Source: Takakia lepidozioides (taxonomy: Eukaryota > Plantae > Bryophyta). From it: a stretch of DNA of 64,000 bases. Of this stretch, positions 46,301-58,997 are shown piece after piece (the first letter of the stretch is position 1; each line of letters opens with the position of its first letter). The position numbers and the translations under genes were made by a program. The notes under the pieces are model-generated. The model ran no database searches. It was not told the DNA's origin and saw only the letters and a list, made by a program, of their open reading frames with translations. The stretch spans positions 2,604,001 to 2,668,000 of the forward strand of contig CM060733.1 in the NCBI GenBank assembly GCA_030704615.1, in the 5' to 3' direction.

Positions 46301-49300
46301 ATCTCTGCCCTCTTCTATGTGTCAAGTGTCTATCGTCGTTCACTTATTCTAGATGTCTTATCTGGATCTGCTGGCTGCATCTTAACTCTGTTCTGTCTCT
46401 ACACAGTGGGACTGTTATTCTGGCAAGAAAATTTTGTCTTACCTCGAGAGCCTCTGCTTGTTGTAGCTGGAGGATCACCTGGCAAGGGGAGCATTGCTTA
46501 TAGCAAAGCTGAGGTGTGTCTCTTTTTCCCCCAATTTTGGTAGTTGCACCCTTCTGACATTTTATCATCTGAAATGTTTAATGGTTATACTACATCCTTC
46601 AAGAATTCTTGTAAAGGGAGACTTGTTTGATGTGATGACTCGTCCTACGTCTCTAGGAGACAAAAATCCCATGTATTCTACTGACAGGTAAGAAGGCTTG
46701 GCTGTTCCAGATACCAAGATCTGGACATTGCTGCAATTGAGTCAAAGCTTGATGGTTATGGGAACTTCCTTCGCAGACGACTTCAACAAGATCCAGAGTG
46801 AGATGATTGCCCACTGTTATGTTAGGGCGACATTAAACAATGCCATGTTTTGATAATAATGACATTCAAGACCTAGATGGAGCATCTGAAGTGAAGGAAA
46901 CCCCTGTGATGCCTTTTCTAGCTAGATTTGCTTGACGACCAAGTCCTAGAGTTGGGAGAGGTGGATGGACAGGGCGAAGGAAATGGGGGTATAGAAAATA
47001 AGGACATTCAATATGACACAGAAGGCCTGCAGGGCCTATGTGTCAAGTGGTTCAACAGAAGGAAATGAATGAAATGGAACTTTGTAACGTCCGCAGAAAG
47101 CTCAAAGAGCTTATGGGACAAGAGGAAGAACGAAACAAGTGAACCACATGACCTCCTCAGAGGGCCGAGCCCATGGGGTAAAGTAGACCAACAATAAACC
47201 ACTTCAGGAAAAAAAAGTCAAGAAAAGAAGCATATTGCCTCCATGGGAGGTAGAGAAAGACAAATGAGAGAAAGCCCCTTTATAGTGTCCACAAGAAGCC
47301 CAGACGAAAACACTAGTGCATCCACTGAGTGAAATATGAAATGGTACTTTTTAACGTCCGCAAGAAGCTCAAAGAGCTTATGGGACAGGAGGAAGAAAGA
47401 AACAAGGAAGACAGGCCACAGGCAGCCCAAAAGCAACTATAGCTCAAGGCATTGTTGAAGATTCGACACTTCATGTAGGTAAGCTGCCAAGCAATTCTGA
47501 TTCTCGTAATGGAAGACCTCCATGAGAGATGGGGTATCCTGGAATAGACAGTTGAATCTCCTATGGATCTCGTAGTATAACGGGCAGTGAAAGAAAGATA
47601 ATTAACTTTATATTGACCCCAGAGCCCATGGATTTCAGTGTAGAGAGTATCCTCGTTGTCCTGTTTCTGAGGGAGCACTGACATACTTCTTTCCAATTTT
47701 AAAATGTTTTTATTATCAGGATTGCACGCCATGGGGGCCTTCACACACCCAATGGTGCATTTGCTGGATTGAAACTGCTCAATGCTTTGCTCTTTGAGCA
47801 GTTACAAGATCAGAGTAGTGATGAGGAGCAGCTGTCATCTGAAGATTCCTTTGATGAAGAGATGGACCAGGAGTGCTTGAGATTATGTGGGAACAGAGAT
47901 GATTACATTAATCCTGCAAACTTATATTTAAATGAAGTACTTGATTCTCGCAAGGGAGTTGAAATTAGGTGAGTTTTTCATGCTCTCTTGACATCTTAGG
48001 ACAGTGCAAAGGTCCTAGTTGATATTGAGCTTTTGCATTGTATTGGCTTGATCTTCAGAAGAAAGCTTAATGGGCATGATCATTGCATTCTATTCGTAAC
48101 GAATGAGAATGGGATGCACTAAACATGGGGAGACCCTCAGTGTATATGTACAATTTCTTTTGTCATTATGAGGATTGTGGCACATCTGACAGGTGGTTGT
48201 GGTGTGATTTCAGTCTGGCAATCATTCATTCTGCTGTCGGGAGGAGATGCGGTATACCTGTACAGATAGTAGCAATCCCAATGCATTTTGTCACTAAAGT
48301 TGGGGAGGATGGCAATGAAGCAGAGCGCTTTGTGAACGTGTTTGATTCAGCACGTCTTCTGCAGCGCAGCGAGTGCATTGACCTCATTCAGTAGGTACCC
48401 CAGGTACCTTGGTGAATCTGGCAGCGACACTCTTATGTTACTTTAGTCTGTTCCATATTTTTGCCTGGCTGAGGTCATCATTATTTAGACAGGATCCTCC
48501 CATGCTCAGACAGTAATTGGACAAAAATGCAAGGCTAGAGCTCCAGAGCACCACAGGATTGACCTTCTGAGCTTCATCAGTTATGTTTGGAGAGTTCTGA
48601 GAATGAGCAACAGTCTCAGTGTGAATTCATTGTGTTGTGTCCTGTGCACTTGCTTGGCGCAGGAGGATGGGCCTGCAGTATGAGCCAAGAATGCTTACCC
48701 CAATCTCTCCCTCCAGTGTGTTTCTTGCTTTGTGTGAGCATCTTATTGCTATCTATCGGCAGGCAAGCTTACAACCATGTTGTGACCTCAGATTCCATTT
48801 TATGACTTGTCCGGCCATTTGTTCTGTTTTCACCTTTAATATGCTTCCGATATTATATTTACATCAGGCCCTCGTTGTCAATACGAATCCTAGACCTTGG
48901 GCATTGCTAAAGCTGCCAGGAAGCTCAAGGTCGTGTACCACTTATACAATGGCTATTGGTGGCTGAGATTCTTCCGCGACAAGAGAAAAAGGACTTGTAA
49001 ACTCCCCGAAGGTCAGCTTGTGATGAGCTGGCTACAGACTACAAGCAGGCTGTGCACATCACATCGGGACTAACCTCAACTGTTTATTTCATCTTTGCAG
49101 GGAGATGGAGAGCAGTCAAAAGAGAGGCAACGGCAACTGTTACCCATTTTGGACCTGGTGTTGACTATATCTCCTCAAGACTGCTCAAACCGGTTCATTA
49201 GGGCGAAGGTAAGGCACCTCTGACATGTGAATCTTGTCACTTGTCACCATGTCCATCCTGCCTGTAGCAACTCGCAACTGTATGAACTTGTGGCATTTGG

Positions 49301-51276
49301 ACTTGGCGTCCTGCCATTGCAAAGCATATCTATCATTTCTCAGACAGCATGGTTGATAGTGGGGACAGCAAGAAGGGAACTGCTCGGTAGGGCCATAGAC
49401 CCTGAAGTTTCTAAATCTCTGTATTACTACAGCTTCTGCTGGAGACATCACATTTTGAGGACTTCGAGGCGGCTTTTAAAGACCTTGAGGTAGCAGTTTT
49501 ACTTCGCCTTTTTTAGCTGTGATCTCTGTCAATCTTTCCTGGTGAATGTGGGAGAGGGATGGAGAGAATGAAGGGGGGATATGGGGAAGGGGAGTCTATC
49601 ACGAAGTCATTAGGTGTAGGAGTGTGTCTTACAGTCCTTATATTGTGTACTAGTATCCTTCAAAATTTCTGCAGTCTTCAAGCTTCGAAGGTGCTTGAGT
49701 TGTAATCATAAGGTATCTTATGCAGTTTTTTAAGGTTCTACCATTTGGTGATCTGGATGCAGGCACTGTTAGTACAATTTCCTGAGGACAGAGGGGTCAG
49801 TGCCCATGACGGCATCTCCAGAGCTCTTCTGCAACAGTTTCAGCAGCGCACCGAGGAAAGACGCATACAGCATGCAGTGAGTCAGACAAGCTTAATGAGT
49901 ATTTGTGTGACCTCAATTGCAGCTTTTTAAAAGGAATGTTTTGTTTTTTGAAGGAAATCTATGTCTATGTCTTTTAGTCACTAGTGTTTGCTTCGCTTCT
50001 GTTACACTAGTTGGCTTCTGTTGAGTTGGCTTGCAAAGCTTTTTGTGACATCTGGTTCTTGCAGGCTTGGTGTAGTGAGCGGAGGATTCCACGGCCCAGC
50101 AATGTGCTCTACAGAATTGGCAATATCGTGAGACACCTTCGAATGCAATATCCTGGTGTTATTTTTGGATGGGATCCCCATTTTTTGCTTGGCGAAGATT
50201 ACATTTCTGTGATGAAGGTCGGAAAACCATCCCTTGGCTGACCTCCTAGCTAGGCCAGTGGATATGTGTTCATGGCAGAATCCTGTGTCAATCTGTGGTT
50301 GTCACACATGTAAGAGATCAATGTATGGATGTTTTGCAGTGTTGCATGCCAGCAGAAGTTGACTTTTCCTGGAGTTCCTGATCAGGTTCTCAAGGAATGT
50401 TTGGAGGTTGATCAAGAGTGAAGTATCTGAGAAAACACATGAAAGTAAAGGATTCAATTGAAAACATTTGACCTTATTGATAACTACTTTTGCAGGTGGA
50501 TGAGCTGCAGTATGGCCGGAACCAGCCGTTTTACCGTGTTCTGGTAGACCAAAATTACCGCAATACTTCAACATATGGTAGGCTATCTCAGAAGAGTTGA
50601 AGCGATGTTTCTTCATTTGTTGTTCTACTCCCTCCAAACATGTGGATCATGCAGGGGTGGGAAAGTGGGTTTCTACAGCCCCTGGCACACGGTGAAAATG
50701 GTTCCTTCTGCAAAATCAGTGGGGAGGGTGAATTGTGTTGCTGCCCAGGCCACCAAATATGAGATGTTTGATATGAACCAATCAATAATACCATGAAGCG
50801 AAATTCTCATTCTTAGGACATTCAGATGTACCTGGAAAAAATCTGACTGTGGGGCTTGCAGTTGCACAGGAGAACATTGTATTGGCTCCCGAAGCTGGAT
50901 ATTTGGTCCATGACGAGCTCGGCATGCATTTCGTGGGTTACAGGTAGGAGCCAAAGTCCGGAAAAGTCCCTCCTAACCGAATCAAAACTTGGAGGTTGGT
51001 TATTGATGAGATGCCCATGTGTGTGTGTTATTCAGTGAATGCAAAAGGTTGGTCGTGACCAAATATTGCACGGTGTGCTGCAGGGACGGAGTCTATGTCC
51101 CAAATGCTTATCTGAGCTACATCTATCCAGAAGACACGGTTGGGACCACAGATATAAAAGGAAAATGTGTGGAGGATGGATCCATCAGTCGTATAGAAAT
51201 TATCACAGTGGACCAAGGCAAGAGCCATAGTTCACATGTTCATGCAGGCCAAAGCAGTGGTGCCACTGAAACGTGA
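43392..51276 (+). CDS. F-box protein with transglutaminase-like (SirB1/Transglut_core2), TPR-like and YccV-like domains; FBXO21-like
   Basis: Exons 43392-43439, 43930-44232, 46046-46183, 46467-46513, 46711-46797, 47720-47968, 48214-48390, ~48663-48762, ~49101-49208, ~49433-49489, ~49763-49876, 50065-50217, 50496-50577, 50862-50943, 51084-51276 join in phase. F-box LPHEVLAKVFSQLAVEDLLQAMAVCKTWR; GNRDDYINPANLYLNEVLDSRKGVEISLAII...IPMHF; YccV-like YRIGNIVRH...YPGVIFGWD...QPFYRVLVD...TYVAQENI...YPED. Confidence 0.88.
44545..45232 (+). mobile_element. Two LINE/SINE 3' ends with (CATTT)n tails in F-box intron 2
   Basis: cccataagc(t/a)ctt(c/t)gagctt...catttcatttcatt at ~44810-44865 and ~45187-45232; the upstream body encodes ...VFHYEDQKFLAAYLHEAF. 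Confidence 0.7.
45281..45617 (+). repeat. ~182-bp tandem duplication
   Basis: aattcct(c/t)ttaggcatctgatttttt...ccaattctgatgtgtgatgg at 45281 and ~45463. Confidence 0.9.
47058..47615 (-). mobile_element. Two more copies of the CATTT-tailed LINE/SINE 3' end, inverted relative to 44545-45232
   Basis: aacgtccgca..aagctcaaagagcttatgggaca at ~47086 and ~47353 is the reverse complement of the 44.8-kb copy. Confidence 0.72.
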
Positions 51277-52741
51277 CTCCTTAGACATTATTCAATCCCA
51301 CGCAGTGGGTTATTTAGGGTTGGAGGGTTGGTTGTTTTAACCTTTCACCAAACCTATCCCCACATTCAACATATTGGAACTTGAATTGAACCTAACTTCA
51401 AACTCCATCAAATTATTTTGACTTGAGATGTAGCTAGCACTGTAAACACTACGTTAGGTAGTTATGTGAAGGATAGTTTCAGGCAATTTTGATCCCATCT
51501 GTATGGTATTAGAATCGGTGATTCCTGACGAGGGTAGTGGTGGTAGCATGGGTTGTCTTGTGGTCACTCAATTGGATGTGTGCAATTGGAGATGAACATA
51601 TAGTTACTATCCTTCTCTCATACACGACCATGAGCCAGATAAAAATTTAGGCTCTATTTGTGGTTTGTATATTGTGATCATTTGCTGTATGATCGCAACA
51701 TGACGTTGAAGTATGATGTTTGATTGTTGAGCCAATATTTGTCTACTTTTAGCACCACAAGTTGATTATCATACTATATGATTAAACTCAGCAGGCTTAC
51801 CAGTTGGCGATCAACCGATTTGGAACAATATAACTTGGAACTCACTTCATTTCATGAAGATTACACAAACTTTGCTGGGATGCCTTGGTTGTGGGGATAA
51901 ATGCGATGAGAATTCGTTGTTAGATGATATAACAAGCTTACATACTACATACCCTAGTCTACACAAATAAAGTCTTCTTGAGAGACAACAGGCTGAATTC
52001 TGCCTAGAAGGCAAAAACCTGACCCGTCCTTACATCCACAATGTGACATACCTAACAGGTTTCACAAAAATAATTGGTCCCACCACACTTGATACCACGT
52101 CACTTGAACCTATTTTTGACTCCTGACATCGCACTTTGGGGTTGCCGCTTGGTTGTTAATTTAGGGCTACCTTACTAGAACAACAAACATGGAAAGTTAA
52201 AACCAAGACCAAGATCCTAACTTTGAATTTGACCAATCCATGAAAAAAAATTTCCCAAAACATGGTCTTTCTTGGTGTCTGTTTAGAATGTGTGCGGGTA
52301 TCAGAACTTTAATATACCAAGGTAGGTTCAGGCCCGAGGGGTGCCTTGTTTTTGAACTCAAGTATTATTCTAAATATTGCAGAATGACGAATTTGCAAAT
52401 AGTATATTGGTATAAGTATTTCCTTAGATACGGACAATATATGGTATCAATAGTATGGGTTCATTTTTTTTTATATCACTTGAATATCAACACGAACCCA
52501 GTTGGGGGCAATGCAAACTATACCCCATCCAAAATGAAAGATGAAACATGACAAACAGAACATGCAACTTTTAGAAGATCACACAAAAGATTATACACAC
52601 ATGAGAGGCAGAATGCAAAGATTGTTGTGTCTGCATGTCATTCAGAAATATGACATAGTTTAGGTTCTGAAAATGTAAACTATACTACACATGCAGCTGC
52701 AAATCAGAGTACATGCAACTCATAATCCTATGTACACTACT

Positions 52742-55610
52742 CTACATCTCATCATCAAAGTAGCCAGCCTCTTTTAGATAAACCTCATAGTCATCAAATA
52801 ATTCAAACTCTTTGTTGAAAAAATTGTCAACATTCTTCGCCTTGAAATCACAATCATGTCTTGCATCATTTGGCCAATTCTTATAAATCATAAGAAAACT
52901 ATCTAAATTTGAAAGTCCAAGGCAACACATTGTAAACTTCTGAGAACACCTGCAACACTAAAGATCCTTAGATTGATGGAGCAAGCACGTCCAGTGTAGG
53001 AGGGCACACTCCAGGAACTTCAAAGAATATTACAGGGGTTGGGCAAACGGCTAAAGAGAAAGGAGACGTACCAACAACAGCAGATCGGATGCCTCCTCCC
53101 CCCATGTAGATATCTTTCAACTACGCATGACGCGCCGACGACCACCGCCGGAATTTGAATACTGTGTTTGCCCTGAGAAATGGAGAGAGAACCTCCACGG
53201 CAGAGGTCATTGTGAAAAATGCAAATTACCATTCGATCTTGCAACGAAGTCTTGCCCTCCGAACTACTTCGAGTGGTAATGTGGCGTGATGAGTTTTGGC
53301 ATTTGCAGTAGCAGGGATCGATTAACATGGATCAATCTCTTGTTGGGGGTGGTGGTCGTAGCTATAGCTTTTCGGATATGGTTATTTTGGACACCCTTGC
53401 TCCTCAAGGACAAGGAGACAGGAAGGAACTTTCTGCAAGGATCTATGGGAATGGTGAAGCGAATGGTAGTGGGAAATGCAAACATCGCAAGAGCTTGTTG
53501 TAGCAATGGGTGATCCTAAACAATCCAAAAAACTGGTGGCAGTGATTCAGCAGATGTTTGGAGATATTGTCTTAGATTAAACAAGGTATGGTTTCGTGAC
53601 AAACTACAATCAGACGGTCTTCTCCAGATGAGCATTAGATGTTTTGGACAAAACTTTGGAGTTTTCACCTGTCATATCTATTATGAAGGCCCCAATCGAA
53701 GCATATCTATATGTTTTGATGAATGCTTATAATGATAGAGACATGAAGCAAGTCTCTACAGAGAGAACGTGTTCCCATCACCCCAACAAAAGGATACGAT
53801 TTGAAACTACCTCCAGTGATTAGAACGAGCTCACATGGACAAGTTATCAGAAAGTCATTAAGCAGAACGGTGCCGGTTAGGGCTCTGGGGAAAGGGCAGA
53901 AAAGAGGGGCAGTGACCTTTGTGGAAGTGGATTTATCTGTCATTAAGAACTTGGCTCGATTGCCTCTGTATGAGTTGGCAACGATTGGCCTTACGAGTTC
54001 TGTTATGGGGCTGGGAAAGTATGGTAACGTGGTGGAGGGAGATTCATTGACGGCTTATCGATAGCGTTGAAGATGTTCGACCTTCGAGTGGTAGATGCTG
54101 GGGAAGCATTTGTGCGGGAGCAGGGTGGCCTACCGAAGCTTGAAGAAATTACAGGGAATTAACATTCATGTTTTATACGGAGTTGGGTGAATGCCCCATT
54201 GCAATGTTGACTACATGGCTTTATTAGATGAGGTGTCAACAGGTGGGCTGAGTGTGGGGTGGAGAATTGCAAGAATCTGCCGCACCAAGAAAAAGAGAGA
54301 TGGAAATCGCAACATGTTCACATGTCACCAAAGCAAAGGATTCTCTGGAGTCTGATTTGCTTGCTGGTATGCTAAGGCGTCAGAAAACGGAGAGCTCTGT
54401 AGCCATCAGACCCTCACTGGCCTCCTCAGTACTTGTTGGAGCACCAAAAAGTGAATATGTAGGAACTGACTCAATATAGGTGGCTAAGGCCGGGCCGACC
54501 ACTGGATTCAAACCAGTATGCACCTTCACCAAGAATGGTATCATAACTTTAGCATCATACTCAGCCACAATAGCTCGGGCCCTATCCACCCCCACATAGT
54601 CTAAACAACATTCCAGCCCCTTGAACCTTGGACCAACATGAGGGCCTACATATTGTGGGCCTTGTCCTTGTCAAATCTCACTTGAAATGCCAAGAAGCGG
54701 GGCCTATACATTGGTAGCTTGGCAAACCATCCTGCATCTGAGAATCTCAATTTCGGAATCAAAGCTACCACATCTGAGTGGAGGATTAACAGCTACCCCA
54801 CAATTATAGAAAAATTCGCAATTCAACAAAAATAGACAAGGCAGTAACCAAAGCATCACTTAGCAACGAATACCCTTGTCTGATTCAACACACACGAGGC
54901 ATATTGAAGAATCTCTTGGAACAATACCACTTTGATGCAAATCGCATCTTCATAGGGCTTTTTAGCTTGCGAGCAGGCAATTCAGCCTCAATGTAGGCCT
55001 TATTTCACTCTCATCTCTCATTTACAGTCTTCCTTAGTGCAAGTTATGCATGATATAGACAGAGAAATTGAAATTGAAATGGAGATTGAGTTTTCTTTTG
55101 GATGCAGCTGTAACTCAGATCTGTAAAACTCAAGAGAAGTAGACTATGAAATTTGGCTATCAACCATTGATCTCGATCATCTGGAGCAAAGCGGTATGAA
55201 CCCAGATTATTATTTTTTTACCCACATCTGTCTGGGGTGTGATTGCACATACTACAATATAATCTTCGGTGGCTTCGATTGTGTTGTAGTCTTGGGAACT
55301 TTAGAAGACCTCCTTGGCTATGTTCATGTAGGCCGGTACTCCAGATCTAGCAACTTACAGCTCATTGTAGACGGTAAAGCCTTCTCAAGTGTGGTCAGAT
55401 TTGAACCCTCACCTTTTACATATGCAATAATCTTGTCTTTCAACTGAAACTGCTCCAAGAGAGGTTTCACTATCTTTAGCCAATGTAGAACCATATATGT
55501 CCGGGGCTTCAGATAAACTTATGGTGATATGCCTTGGCACCCAACAATTATCTATGAAATTAACCACTAAGGCAAAGATATCAAATCTACACCAGGATAT
55601 CCACTATCAA
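52742..55610 (-). mobile_element. Degenerate hAT-family transposase, interrupted by insertion(s)
   Basis: FDIFALVVNFIDNCWVPRHIT, PLLEQFQLKDKIIAYVKGEGSNL, and a C-terminal dimerization domain RIFSVAGVL...LGLSNLDSFLMIYKNWP; many frameshifts. Confidence 0.8.
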
Positions 55611-57898
55611 AGATGAGAACATGACTGAACACAAACAATACAAGGAATCGCTGAAATAACGACTCAAAAAACGACTGAAAACCCAGTCGTTTCAGTCAAA
55701 AAATGACTGGGCGACTACGAGTCCGAAAGGACAAGACCTATCGGACAGCCCAATCGTTCTGGTCATTACGTGGTCGGAGTCGTTCCAGTCAGTTGTGATG
55801 CCGACTGCAAGGTAATTTTTAAGGTGTGGCGTCACCACGCGCGGCGTGAATACAGCCGCGTGGCTCGGTGTGAAAACTCCACGTGTTCTCTTGGAGGCAG
55901 GACACACGCCGTAGCCGCGTTGCTTCACGCTGCGGAATAGTTACGATCTCGTACTATAGGAGCACTAACCACACTAGTTCAAAAATAACTAGTGCAAATC
56001 GTTTCAACGACTACACGGTCAGACTGCGAAGTTGTGAACTACGTCTCGAAGTGCTAGACTCGTAGTAGCGACCGGACTAGTGGTTACCTTCAAAGACACG
56101 CGTGGCTTCCCGAGTCTCGCCACGTGCAAGCCTAAGGCCACAGCACGTGGCGCAATGAGTTGTCTGTTGGTTGCCTTAACGACTTGCAAGTGGAGTGGAC
56201 AACTAGAGTGTTGAAGTGACAGATGCAATTGGAGGTTTGAAATGCACTACCTCACTAGTGACTACATCGACTGTGGGTTGGGAACCAGGCACTCCTGCTG
56301 GTTGCACTGACTTGGAGGCTGCGACTTGTAGTTCATACATGTGCGATATTGTTTCTACTGTGTTTGAATAGCAACACGGATGCTACGATCGATCTACTAC
56401 GGCATTGCAACCAACATAATCCCTGCACACTAGGGATGATCATGTCATTGCCTATGTGATTCATACTTCAGAACATACAGACCATGCCATCAATGCACGA
56501 AATCAAATTAACTGCATGAAGAAGAACACGTGACAATGTATTAAGATAACACCTCAAAACTGCCCCATACAGTGCACAAATCCATGAGTCCGTAACAACC
56601 AAGATTGGAACTTGTTTCTAGATACTTCTATGTTGTCACTTTGGCAGTATCATGTCAAAGTCACTCCAAACTATCAAAGGTTCACTCAACCAGCTAACTT
56701 GCAGAATTCAATATGAAAATTTAGGGCCGATTCTGATAAGAGGGGAAACCAAGGTGAAGAGTGTTGAAGAAGGTGCCTTGATTAGCATGGACTGATTTTA
56801 TGAATTGTGTCGTTGCTACTGTGGCGTCCAGTTGACCATGTACCCATGCAGGTTTCCCTTCCATATGGGATCATAGGTAATCTCGAGCTTAAAATCCGGC
56901 CCTCTTGGATGAATCTGGACCCACACTCTATCCCTGCTCCTTCAGCTATCCATGCGTCTGCACAAATCATGCATTCATCCTTGCACTTTGTTGCTAGCAG
57001 ATGACAATGACATGATAGAGTTGTTCTAGGAAACACCCAACTTAGCTTATCACTCTAGTTCCTATGCTCCCATACAGTGCACAAATCCATGAGTCCGTAA
57101 CGACCAAGATACCCTGTTGCCAACCTCAATGCAGTAGCGACCTGGCTCGTTTCTAACCCCTTTGACCTTCATCATTCTTCTCATCTTTGCAGTATCATCC
57201 CACCTGCCAGCTGCAGCATAGATGTTTGAGAGCAACACATAAGTCGCGGCATCCTGTTCAGCCCACATGAGGATAGATATTGCTGCACGTTCAGCCATCT
57301 CCACATTGCCAGGATTTTACAAGCACCAAGCAAGGCCTTCCACACCACAGCACCTGGATTTATGGGCATTTTATTAATCATGTCCACTGCCTCATCCAGT
57401 TGTCCCTCACGTCCAAGAAGGTCCACCATGCAGCCAACGTGCTTTATTGTTGGAGTGACACCATGATCTTGACTCAGGGAATCAAAGTAGCATCTTCCTT
57501 CATTCAGTAGGCCAGCGTGGCTGCATGCAGAGAGAACACATATTGCCCTTTTCCAGGGCTGCCAGGCTTGCACACGCACTGCAAACGCACACAAACATGA
57601 TGTGGTCGGGCTTCACCCCGTCGCACATCAATTGCTCATAGGTCTCTAAAGCCTCCATCCCATGTCCCTGCTGTGCATACCCTGCAAGCATCGCACTCCA
57701 CGACACCACAACTCGTTCACCCATAGTATTGAATACTCCCTTTGCATCCTCGATGCACCCACATTTTGCAAACATGTCCACCAGGGTCTTGTTCAGAATG
57801 ACATCTGGTAAAATTCCAGCTCTGAAGATGTCGCCATGCACCTCTTTCCCCATTTCCAAAGCTACCAGGGCAGTGTTCAGATTGACATTTGGCACAAT

Positions 57899-58997
57899 CA
57901 CTACAGGAAAAGGGGGGGGGGGGTTTCGACATTGAGGCCATGCCGCGGTGTCATAAAACAGCCATTTTCGGGCAAAGGGAAAGAACCAAATTTGCGACGC
58001 CCGGGCGTCGCCAAAAAAACGTCGCAAATTTGCGACCAAAGGGGGTCGCAAAAAGGCGAAACCTCGATTTGCGACGCCCGGGCGTCACAAAAAAAAAACA
58101 AAAAACCCTACTCTGCAATGCAGATTTAGCACCGTCCGGGGGTCACAAAGTGCGACGTCTGGACGTCGCAATTTAAGGGGGTACATTTGGATTTAGGCGA
58201 GAAAATTTGAATTTCAAAAACTTGTTGACCATTGACTCCAGTTCTGTCTAATGGCGATATGTTCATTGTTCTACATATATCATGCAATGCATACTTGAAC
58301 CTAAGACCTCCACATTATAATATTTCTAAGACACTACAGACTAACCAACACACTAGCTACATCTATGTATCACAAACGCAATATATATATATATATATAT
58401 ATATATGAAGATTTCCTTCAAGTTCCTTCTAAAGGGGTCCCTCTTGTGCCGCCGGGGAGTTGCAATCTCCACAGGCTTAGTGCCCAGCCCCAGCCCCCAG
58501 CGTCGTCGCCCACCCCCCCCACCGCCAGGCGTCCCAAGCGACTTCCTGGTGATGACCTAAGCTGATTACAACACCATTGCGACCCCCCTGTGGCGACGCC
58601 GTTGCAACCCTCCGGCGTCACAGTATTGGGCGTCCAGCGGGGGGGGGCCCCAGCGACGCTTTAGTGAAGTTGAGAGCCGCAAAGCCCAAAAAAAAAAAAA
58701 AAAAAAACTCCCACTGTGGTGATGTTGTTGCAACGTCCTAGCGTCGCAGAGGCGCTGGGGCGCCCTTAGTGACGCTTTTGTGACACCGAGGTGTCACGAC
58801 GTTTTTTTTTTTTTTTTTTTGGATTTGCGACGCTGGGGCGTCGCAAAAAAAAAAAAAAATCCGTCGCAACAAGGGTCCTCTTTCCCCTTTCATGCCTCCT
58901 TGCAACGGCTGGGCCTGGCGTCGCGGGGTTAGCGCGCGCGGGACGGGGGGCACGGCTGGCGTCGCAACCCCCCCCCCCCCCCCCATTTGCTGTAGTG
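57899..58997. mobile_element. Non-autonomous CACTA (En/Spm) element inserted in the PPR array
   Basis: Ends CACTACAG(G)AAA-polyG ... polyC-ATTTGCTGTAGTG; 3-bp TSD AAT (57896-57898 and 58998-59000); many subterminal (t)gcgacgc/gcgtcgc repeats. Confidence 0.93.

Noticed and set aside
55620-56330. acgact/agtcgt-rich block resembling 62330-62800
   Set aside because: Only short motif similarity; no termini or alignment could be established by eye.
56400-57060. Possible DYW deaminase domain after the E domain
   Set aside because: No HSE, CxxCH or DYW-type motifs found in the frames I read.
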